64,000 nt of DNA. It comes from Bacteroidaceae bacterium. Its GTDB lineage: Bacteria > Bacteroidota > Bacteroidia > Bacteroidales > Bacteroidaceae. Below the pieces are notes generated by a model. It saw only the letters and a program-made list of their open reading frames with translations, was not told where the DNA came from and searched no databases. The position numbers were made by a program, and so were the translations under genes. Location of the stretch: contig JAFZQR010000097.1 of the NCBI GenBank assembly GCA_017620295.1, positions 2,905-66,904 on the forward strand, written 5' to 3'. Positions 19,367 to 26,612 of the stretch are shown in pieces (position 1 is the stretch's first letter; each line of letters begins with the position of its first letter).

Positions 19367-20125
19367 TTAAGTGAGGCTTATCCTGAAGCAATAATTGCTC
19401 ACCACATCAATACCTCGCATCGCTTCTGGGTTGATTACTATCTTCTGAATCTGTGTGGTTGCGGCCCTCTTGACTGTCACAACCGCACTTCCGTCATCAA
19501 TGTCACGCTCTACAGTCAGATCCTCAATCAGAGGCGTTGAGATTACTCGCGCCTGTCCAGGAGCAAGTGATTTCATTGCAGTGTCGAAAGCACCCTCGCC
19601 CTGCAGTATCTGTCCATCATTGAAAGGCAGGAACTGAAACTGCCAGAACGATGAGAGCGGAGTGAAATCGCGGAAACGTGCGTCGCGCCTCACCATGTTA
19701 TCTACTCTCTGACGCAGCTCCTTGGCCGCGTCCTCTGCATCTTTGAAGAATGTCTGCTTGAAATAGGCAAAGTCAGTAGGGTTGAGGAAAATACAATAGT
19801 TGAACGGAAACATTAGCGACTGTCTGGTGGTCAGCTTCTGCATGCCACGTTCAAACTCCTCGCAGATCAAGTCCAGAATCAATTGCCTTGACATTCCTTC
19901 AGCCTTTGGCTTATGCTTGATAAAACCCAGGCCGAACTCATCCTTTGGTACCACACTGCCAGCCGTGCGTCCATCTGCCGCTACATTAACCGCTGTGCGC
20001 TCGGAACAGTCCTCTGCAGGCATCTCTCCGAGAATCCAGTAGCGCAGCTTCTGGTAAACCACCTTCAGCCCAGCCCACAATCTCCGCAGCACATTGTTGT
20101 TATTGCCGTTATAGTAAACTCTCAT
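19367..20125 (-). CDS. Hypothetical protein resembling the FhaA N-terminal (DUF3662) domain; no recognisable FHA domain
   Basis: The central segment FPFNYCIFLNPTDFAYFKQTFFKDAEDAAKELRQRV resembles the DUF3662 pattern (vaPNxfxvxLsxxDyxxl...). It ends 6 nt before the SEDS-PBP gene. Confidence 0.45.
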   Translation of the reverse strand: MRVYYNGNNNNVLRRLWAGLKVVYQKLRYWILGEMPAEDCSERTAVNVAADGRTAGSVVPKDEFGLGFIKHKPKAEGMSRQLILDLICEEFERGMQKLTTRQSLMFPFNYCIFLNPTDFAYFKQTFFKDAEDAAKELRQRVDNMVRRDARFRDFTPLSSFWQFQFLPFNDGQILQGEGAFDTAMKSLAPGQARVISTPLIEDLTVERDIDDGSAVVTVKRAATTQIQKIVINPEAMRGIDVVSNYCFRISLT

Positions 20126-20153
20126 CTTGTATAATACTGTCGCTATACGGCTG

Positions 20154-20161
20154 CAAATATA
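20154..20161 (-). promoter_or_regulatory. -7 box (TATATTTG on minus strand) for the DUF3662-like/SEDS-PBP/xerD operon
   Basis: Plus-strand caaatata at 20154-20161 is an exact TAnnTTTG on the minus strand, 28 nt upstream of the ATG at 20125. Confidence 0.45.
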
Positions 20162-20392
20162 CCCTAAATTATTCTACCTGCCGTACCCTCCACCTTGATT
20201 TTGTTATTTCTTCAACATCCCGTTGGCAGCAAAATGCGGAAAACAGCTCTTTTTTTGTACATAAAGGCAAAAAAACAACTCATATCCTTTGTCATAGCTA
20301 AAATTATTCCAATCTTTGTGCCGAACTGATTCAAGTTTCGCTCGCCTTATCTATAAATGTACGTGAGATACCTAATCCATTGATAAATTACT

Positions 20393-20608
20393 ATGCCTGA
20401 GATAGCACGATTCTACGGTATAATAATAAAGATGTTCTTCAAGCCGAAGGAACATGATCCAGCACATATACATGCTCTATATAATGAAAATGTGGGTGTG
20501 TTTGACATTCGTACCCTTGAAATGACAGAGGGTGATATGCCTCAACGTGCTCAGCTGCTTGTTCGTGAGTGGTTATCAGCACATAAAGATGAATTGCTCA
20601 ACATGTAG
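20393..20608 (+). CDS. DUF4160-family small protein
   Basis: MPEIARFYGIIIKMFFKPKEHDPAHIHALYNE... matches the DUF4160 pattern (MPxIxxFxGxxIxxyxxEHxPxHxHaxY) as I recall it. Confidence 0.75.
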   Translation: MPEIARFYGIIIKMFFKPKEHDPAHIHALYNENVGVFDIRTLEMTEGDMPQRAQLLVREWLSAHKDELLNM

Positions 20609-20648
20609 CAAACACAGCGTATAGTTCAACTTCCACCGTTATAATACT

Positions 20649-20969
20649 ATGATACCGCGTATAAAGTCATTCGAACCTTTGGAGGATTATTGGTTGAGGG
20701 TAACATTCGACAATGGCCGCGTTGTACAATACAACGTGATGGACGACATACGCACTATACCTGCATTCCAAGACCTTGAGGAGGTGTATGGACTCTTCCA
20801 GAATGCACAACTCGACCAAAGCAGAACCTGTATCTTTTGGAACGATAGGATAGACCTTCCCAGCGATACTATTTATGAATATGGAGCCGACGAAAACAGC
20901 ACGCTTTTTGCAGCTGAGTCTGAAGCACCTGAATATATTGCTAGTACACATAAACATACTTGCTCATGA
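20649..20969 (+). CDS. DUF2442-family small protein
   Basis: Follows DUF4160 by 40 nt. The pattern IKSFEPLEDYWLRVTFDNGRV...IFWNDRIDLPSDTIY is typical of DUF2442. Confidence 0.7.
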   Translation: MIPRIKSFEPLEDYWLRVTFDNGRVVQYNVMDDIRTIPAFQDLEEVYGLFQNAQLDQSRTCIFWNDRIDLPSDTIYEYGADENSTLFAAESEAPEYIASTHKHTCS

Positions 20970-21092
20970 ACAGATAACATTAAAAGGACATACAGACATA
21001 AGCTCCATCATGAGGGCATCGGCGGCAGAGGTGTATAGAACGAGTGTTGGAATAATCTTCTTGTGTCACTTGTATGATTATTGAGGATGTTA

Positions 21093-21100
21093 TATCTTTG
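21093..21100 (+). promoter_or_regulatory. -7 box TATCTTTG for the candidate small RNA
   Basis: Exact TAnnTTTG match. A partial -33 (cTTG, 21069-21072) sits at a 20-nt spacer. Confidence 0.4.
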
Positions 21101-21104
21101 CAAC

Positions 21105-21255
21105 ACCGAAACGCATAAAGAACTTCGTCAAAAATGAATAAGGAAATGCATATATAATTGATAATGGATGTGGGATTGAATGCCAATTCCTAGTGACATA
21201 ACTCAACATCTCTCGTCAGACAAGTCCTGTGCCCCACCAGCATGGGACTTTTTTT
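21105..21255 (+). ncRNA. Candidate ~150-nt small RNA (promoter-to-terminator unit without a credible ORF)
   Basis: Bounded by the -7 box at 21093-21100 and the intrinsic terminator at 21222-21255. Only 7- and 9-codon ATG ORFs lie inside. Confidence 0.35.
21222..21255 (+). terminator. Intrinsic terminator (10-bp stem, 9-nt loop, T-run)
   Basis: aagtcctgtg (21222-21231) pairs with catgggactt (21241-21250), including two G-U pairs. The stem ends in TT and is followed by five more T (T-run 21249-21255). Confidence 0.55.
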
Positions 21256-21588
21256 GTAGGCAAGACGCGAAAGAACCTGCCGAGATGTTAGTTTGTACAT
21301 GCTGTGACAATAGTTGCAATCTGCTGACGTCGCAATTGTTTCCTGCTGAGGAAAGTTCAGATTTCTGCCGAGGTCTTGTATGTTATCTGCCAAGGTTTTG
21401 TCTCTTATCAGCCCGGGTTTTTCAATTAACCTGTCGTTGTCCTGCCTTTTTCTGGGGTGTTGTCCTGATTTTTCCTTGATTCTGCATATTATTTCAGCTG
21501 CGTTTGGAATTGATGCGGATGAAATCCGCATGAATGGACGGAACAAATAAAAAAATGAGGATACGGTAAAATGTGCTGGATTAATGAT

Positions 21589-21596
21589 TATCTTTG
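21589..21596 (+). promoter_or_regulatory. -7 box TATCTTTG upstream of the HUH transposase-like gene
   Basis: Exact TAnnTTTG match, 12-15 nt before the GTG/ATG at 21609/21612, implying a very short leader. Confidence 0.4.
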
Positions 21597-21608
21597 CGGG
21601 GAAAATGA

Positions 21609-22682
21609 GTGATGGAAGCTGGTGTTCCGTCAGTTGATTGCAAATTTCATTTGCTAATGACAAACGAGTGTTTAAGCACACCTCAGAACGAGACATTTAC
21701 ATGGCTGGAGCCTGGAACATGGCGTAAGCCATGTATCGTGCATGTGACGATGGTTGCTAACTCGCGACAGGCGTTGTTTGGAAAACTGACGCATAACGGG
21801 GCTGAGGCGGTGGTGGAAAAGAGCCGGATTGGCTGGGTTCTCATCAATCAGCAACGCCGGTTGCTGGAGTTGTGTCCTGAGATTAAGATTCTTGCAGACA
21901 AGGTGATGCCCGACCATCATCATATTGTGCTTCAGGTACAGCGGACGATGCCTCGTAGCATCAGACAAGTGGTACGAGGCTATATGCAGGGTTGTAAAGC
22001 GGAGGCACGTAAGCTGGGGCATGCTGAGAACTTATACGATGCACCGCCATTCTATCGTGTGCTGACTCATAAGGGACAGCTGCACTCGATGATAGAGTAT
22101 GTGAAGGCCAACGCTGAGCGTGCGTGGCTGCGCAGACAGCACCCCGACTTGTTCCGAATACGTCGCAGGATGGACATATTGGGGTTGCAGTTTACATCAA
22201 TGGGCAATCACTTTTTGTTGGATTGGCCAGACAGACAACAGGTGGAGATGAGCCGTAGTGCCACCGTCGAGCAGATAGATGAGCGGCTGAGGGCAGTATT
22301 GGCTGCAGCCCACAATGGTGCGGTGACCTATACAGCGGCGATTAGCAAAGGTGAACAGCTGATAGCTCGAACAGTTCGTGAGCAAGGATTCCCTCTGGTA
22401 GTGCTATTGAGCGACGGTTTTCCTTCGGAGGGTTCACCTCAAGAACGTTTCTATAAACCTGGCGGAGCTTATTTCAATGCATGTTCTATGGGCAAGCTGT
22501 TACTCCTGGAGCCAAGTGAGAGTGCTTTTGTCAATCCTGAAGTAATGATGGCTGTTGAGAAATCATTGCGACAGAAGGCTCTGTTGAAGCATCAAATATA
22601 TACCAAGATTCCGCCTTCTTCGTTGCGGTACAGGTTTGTGGCACTGAATGAGATTGGGCGGATGCTTACCAGTTGTATTTGA
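21609..22682 (+). CDS. HUH/Y1 (IS200-like, REP-associated tyrosine transposase-like) protein with a long C-terminal extension
   Basis: HUH motif VMPDHHHIVLQV and a downstream Tyr motif MIEYVKANAERAWL (compare YIxxNPxxA). Single copy; I saw no flanking inverted repeats. The start may be the ATG at 21612 or 21657. Confidence 0.6.
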   Translation: MMEAGVPSVDCKFHLLMTNECLSTPQNETFTWLEPGTWRKPCIVHVTMVANSRQALFGKLTHNGAEAVVEKSRIGWVLINQQRRLLELCPEIKILADKVMPDHHHIVLQVQRTMPRSIRQVVRGYMQGCKAEARKLGHAENLYDAPPFYRVLTHKGQLHSMIEYVKANAERAWLRRQHPDLFRIRRRMDILGLQFTSMGNHFLLDWPDRQQVEMSRSATVEQIDERLRAVLAAAHNGAVTYTAAISKGEQLIARTVREQGFPLVVLLSDGFPSEGSPQERFYKPGGAYFNACSMGKLLLLEPSESAFVNPEVMMAVEKSLRQKALLKHQIYTKIPPSSLRYRFVALNEIGRMLTSCI

Positions 22683-24654
22683 GAAGGAATTGAAGGTCGG
22701 TCTTGTTGGGTGAGTCTATAAGGGTTATACCAGAAGACTGTTGTTGGCGGTCGGTGAAGTGGGTGATGCCGAGCTTGAATTGGAGATGGAGGCGTTTGGA
22801 TGGCGACAAGTAGCGAAGCAAGGTGGCGATACGAGTGCCGCGCCCATAGAGCTGCTGGAGACCGAAGGTGCTGTAGAGTGATGGCTCGTAAGCATGGATG
22901 CGGCTGTTCCAGTCATCAGTGCTGAACCATCCAGCTTGCAGGGATAGCAGCAGATGCTGGTTGGGTAGGGTATAGTCGGCACGAGGAAGGATGGCATAGC
23001 CGGCGGATGTAGCGTCGGGTAATTGATAGACGTGACAGTGCAGGGTTGGACGTAGGGTCAGGTGCTGTCCCAGCTGCCACTGTAGCGTAGTGCGTATGCG
23101 ATGGGAATAGTGTCGCTGGTCGCTTTGTTCCTTGCTCTTGATGGCATAGCGCAGAATGATAGATGTGCGGCGGCTGAGGTCGTAGGACGCTTGCACTATG
23201 CCTTCCCAGCCGTTGGAGCTTCGTGACATGCTATAGCGCGGCCACGCGGCGTAGAACACATCGGCCATTAGCATTAGGTTTAGACCAGATGTGGTGCGAG
23301 CATCAAGCTGTATGGCCAGTCCGCTCTCATTCTGTACGGATGTGTTCTCACGGTAGGCCGATGCAAGGAAGGAGTGGTAGTAGCGTGAGTAGTAGCGTTG
23401 GAGGAGGCTCAGCTGTATGTCGGTGCTGAACTGGTAGGTCATGCGGTTAAGTGTTGCCAGTCCTCCTGCATCCTCGCCAAAGGAACGTGCTGTCTCGCCA
23501 GCTATCAGCAATGGGGAGAAACGGTAGCTGTAGTCGGCTGACACTGCTCCGAAACGGTAGCCCTTGGGTGTAATCTGACGATAGAGTGAGCTTCCTCGGC
23601 TGAAAAGCCTGTTGTAGTGTTGGTAGAGTGCGGTTAGTCCAATCTGGTATTTGTTGTGGTGCCAGTTGGCGTGGAATGCGCTGCTGTGTACACCCAGATT
23701 ACCTTTGCGCGATTGTTCGGAGGCTGTGCGGTGCAAGCCAGAGGTTGAGATGCTGCGTACGGTGCCATCCTTGTAGAGACTAGCATCCAGATGCCTGAAG
23801 GAATAGAATGCAGAGACCGACAGTTCGTCTCCAATGGCGACCGTAGCAGCAACACCGCGCATGAAGTTTGTTTCGCTGGTGGAACGGTGACTGCGTAAGC
23901 CTGTGGTGGCTCTACCCCAGCCAAGGGCGGCCTTGCCCATGATAATACCATTGTTCACAACCAGCCCTTCGCCCCAACCAGCCTTGAAGTCGCCAATGAT
24001 GAGTGTCTGCAGGAAACGCCAGTTGTGCAGGGTCAGGTGTCCGCCATAGGCATCCCACAACCAATGGCCTTTGCAGAGCATGGGTTCACCTGCATCCTTC
24101 GACACCCTTGCTCCCCATTCGAGCCTGCGACCATATTTGCCTCTATACAAAAGCTTGTGCGTCATGCCGTGAGTCCAAGGCCATCCCTGCCGACGATAGA
24201 GGGGGACATCGAGTCGGTTCATGAGCTGATGTGACACTGTGTCGGCTGGCATGTGCTTGTCTCTGGAAGCCTCGCCTGTGTCGAGAGTGCAGAACAGTGG
24301 GAGCCATTTCATGGCTTGCAGCGACAGACCTCTGATGAGTCGCAGCTCGGTCCATGAGTGCAATGGACCGTTATGTGCCTGATACTCCTTGATGGCTTCC
24401 ACTTGGTTCTCATCGAGGAAGGGCAATGTCTGCAATTCCGATCGCAACGCTGTGTTCAATGGCATAGGGTGGGAATGCAGATAAGACAAAAGCTCTGCTT
24501 GCTCCTCCCATTGTGCGACATCATCCTCATCATCGACCTCACCGGTCTCCATAAGTTCCTGAAGTAGCTCTTCAAGGCCGTTATCGCTCTGTCCCAATGC
24601 TCTAATTGGGAGCATTAGGACAATCACAATAGCTAAAATACGATGGTATTGCAC
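22666..24654 (-). CDS. Secreted helix-hairpin-helix (ComEA-like) domain protein fused to a predicted outer-membrane beta-barrel
   Basis: Signal peptide (GTG start), acidic linker, and an HhH segment LNTALRSELQTLPFLDENQVEAIKEYQAHNGPLHSWTELRLIRGLS. Then ~530 aa with alternating beta-strand pattern ending in aromatic ...LLKYNW. Confidence 0.65.
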   Translation of the reverse strand: MQYHRILAIVIVLMLPIRALGQSDNGLEELLQELMETGEVDDEDDVAQWEEQAELLSYLHSHPMPLNTALRSELQTLPFLDENQVEAIKEYQAHNGPLHSWTELRLIRGLSLQAMKWLPLFCTLDTGEASRDKHMPADTVSHQLMNRLDVPLYRRQGWPWTHGMTHKLLYRGKYGRRLEWGARVSKDAGEPMLCKGHWLWDAYGGHLTLHNWRFLQTLIIGDFKAGWGEGLVVNNGIIMGKAALGWGRATTGLRSHRSTSETNFMRGVAATVAIGDELSVSAFYSFRHLDASLYKDGTVRSISTSGLHRTASEQSRKGNLGVHSSAFHANWHHNKYQIGLTALYQHYNRLFSRGSSLYRQITPKGYRFGAVSADYSYRFSPLLIAGETARSFGEDAGGLATLNRMTYQFSTDIQLSLLQRYYSRYYHSFLASAYRENTSVQNESGLAIQLDARTTSGLNLMLMADVFYAAWPRYSMSRSSNGWEGIVQASYDLSRRTSIILRYAIKSKEQSDQRHYSHRIRTTLQWQLGQHLTLRPTLHCHVYQLPDATSAGYAILPRADYTLPNQHLLLSLQAGWFSTDDWNSRIHAYEPSLYSTFGLQQLYGRGTRIATLLRYLSPSKRLHLQFKLGITHFTDRQQQSSGITLIDSPNKTDLQFLLKYNW

Positions 24655-24691
24655 AGCCTTGTTGATATGTACTTCTACGTTTTAGTTGCTG

Positions 24692-24699
24692 CAAAGATA
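24692..24699 (-). promoter_or_regulatory. -7 box (TATCTTTG on minus strand) for the HhH barrel gene
   Basis: Plus-strand caaagata at 24692-24699, 37 nt upstream of the GTG at 24654. Confidence 0.4.
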
Positions 24700-24741
24700 T
24701 AAAAAATAGTAATGATATGGCTTGTTTTGAGAAAACTGTTG

Positions 24742-24749
24742 TATCTTTG
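24742..24749 (+). promoter_or_regulatory. -7 box TATCTTTG for the 607-aa multi-HTH gene
   Basis: Exact TAnnTTTG match, 39 nt before the ATG at 24789. It forms a divergent promoter pair with 24692-24699. Confidence 0.4.
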
Positions 24750-24788
24750 TCACGCAAAATGAGTTTTTTCAACTACCAGTCGTAATAA

Positions 24789-26612
24789 ATGGAAGATAGC
24801 ATACACGAGAAACTTGCTGCAAAGTGCATGGAACTCGCTGAGGGTGAGAGTGTCAGAACACAAAATATCATCGCATGGTTGACAAAGGATGTCGAAATGA
24901 GGCTCTTGCCTGTTATGCAAGGGCTGTCGGACATCAGACGCATACCTTTTTGTGGAAGGCAGACAGCAGCGCACATTGAGCGTATTATGGACAAACTCAA
25001 GGCTTACTATGAAACACTTGTGCCTGGCAATGTTACCGACGAAATATTCAATGACGAAAGGAAAATGCAGGAAATACCCCTCTCCAACCAGCTTTTCACC
25101 TTTAAGCCAACGGTAAAGGCCGACATCATACAGGCCGCCTTTGAGAAGATGGCGCAAGCCGTAAGCGAGACTAGGGCTAGAAACCTCATTCGCGTCCATC
25201 TAAAGCACTATACCCACTCGCAATCCTTCATCAACGACCCTTCGCTCATCTGGAACTGGTATGGTGCGGGAAGACATACTGTTGCTGCTATTCAGCAGTT
25301 TCTTGAAGACTTCAAACGGCAGTATCTTGAGTTGGTCAACACATCACCCTCATCATTGTCCGACACCGTGGTGGCACTGGATTATCCTTTCCTCAGCCCA
25401 GAAGAAGTTGCCTTCGTGTGCAAGTTCTACGCTGCCAACAACAGGTATCCGGTATGGTACATAGCATCGCGGTTCTTCATGCATTCCCAAGACAAGGCTG
25501 TACAGATTTTCGCACAGGTCAACGGAATAAACTGCAAACGGATACATGCCCACTTTGTGGCCAAACAGTTTGACCTCACATCTGAGCGAGTTCGCCAGCT
25601 TTCCAAGAACACAAATGCCATACGTAAGCTTGCTCCAATAGTGTGGGACAAGGAACGATGGGAACACACTCCAGCCTACAGCATGGACATCGTCACCGAG
25701 GAACTTATCGACTGGAAACGTATCTGTAGGCAGGAAAAACTCAGTCGTATTGACTACTCGGCGGCTCTGGCCATCTTGTCCGTTGCACGGCCTATAACTA
25801 TCGTGTCGCTGCACAAGGACGGTACAACGACAAATTCACATCTCAACAGTGTCGCCTCACGCCTCAAACCATACGTGGTGTTTGCCTATGACAACAGTCT
25901 TGACTATTTCAACTTCGATGCATGTCTCAGACTTGTAGGGCATCATGCTGCCCTAAAGAAGATATATGACAAATCCTATTCGCTGAGCGAAATCACCCGG
26001 GAGTTCTTCTTGCAAGAGGTCAGCGAGGAGCAGCGACAAGTCATATATGACAAGCTGGGTATCGTGCTTCCGCTCTTTCCGGATGTCGTGATACAGGACG
26101 GCAACCTCGTGCTGCAAGTCAACCGCCTCAACTATTTCAAGGAGATATATGAGATTCTCCAACGTAGGCATCAAGCTATGACCGTGGATGAGATCTACGT
26201 TGAATTCAAACAGCTTCACCCAGAGGATCCGCACACAGAAAGCGGTTTTATCCGAAGCTACATGCTACAGGACAAGCGATTCCAGGCTGTGGGACGCAAA
26301 TCAACCTATCAGTTGCGCGAGTGGCAGCAGTTTGCCGGTTCTCTCTCTGGCCTCGCAGTTGGACTCATAGAGGCTGAGGAACAGCCCATGCCTCAAACCC
26401 AGCTATGCAATAAGATGATGGAACAGCGGCCTGCTTCAACGCTCAAGAGCTGTTACACCAGCGTATATCTGGCAGTCAAGGCAGGAACATTACAGTTCTA
26501 TATCAAGGATAACAAGAGAAGAGGAGTTAATTACGTGGGATTGCGCAACCATAACTATGGCCCTACGTTTCAGCCTTTTGAACCGACTCCACGCAAACGC
26601 TCGCGGAACTAA
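24789..26612 (+). CDS. Multi-domain putative DNA-binding protein: two RNAP alpha-CTD-like HhH segments, a sigma-70 region-4-like HTH, and a C-terminal HARE-HTH-like domain
   Basis: SVRTQNIIAWL...IRRIPFCGRQTAAHIERIM and ETRARNLIRVHL...YGAGRHTVAAIQQFL resemble alpha-CTD. LTSERVRQLSKNTNAIRKL resembles sigma region 4.2. MTVDEIYVEFKQLHPED...RFQAVGRKSTYQLREW resembles HARE-HTH. All calls are by eye. Confidence 0.45.
   Translation: MEDSIHEKLAAKCMELAEGESVRTQNIIAWLTKDVEMRLLPVMQGLSDIRRIPFCGRQTAAHIERIMDKLKAYYETLVPGNVTDEIFNDERKMQEIPLSNQLFTFKPTVKADIIQAAFEKMAQAVSETRARNLIRVHLKHYTHSQSFINDPSLIWNWYGAGRHTVAAIQQFLEDFKRQYLELVNTSPSSLSDTVVALDYPFLSPEEVAFVCKFYAANNRYPVWYIASRFFMHSQDKAVQIFAQVNGINCKRIHAHFVAKQFDLTSERVRQLSKNTNAIRKLAPIVWDKERWEHTPAYSMDIVTEELIDWKRICRQEKLSRIDYSAALAILSVARPITIVSLHKDGTTTNSHLNSVASRLKPYVVFAYDNSLDYFNFDACLRLVGHHAALKKIYDKSYSLSEITREFFLQEVSEEQRQVIYDKLGIVLPLFPDVVIQDGNLVLQVNRLNYFKEIYEILQRRHQAMTVDEIYVEFKQLHPEDPHTESGFIRSYMLQDKRFQAVGRKSTYQLREWQQFAGSLSGLAVGLIEAEEQPMPQTQLCNKMMEQRPASTLKSCYTSVYLAVKAGTLQFYIKDNKRRGVNYVGLRNHNYGPTFQPFEPTPRKRSRN

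Noticed and set aside
21180-21696. 99-aa plus-strand and 168-aa minus-strand ORFs in the gap before the HUH gene
   Set aside because: Both run through the intrinsic terminator at 21222-21255 and the promoter box at 21589-21596. Their translations are low-complexity and Cys-rich. I treat the region as noncoding.
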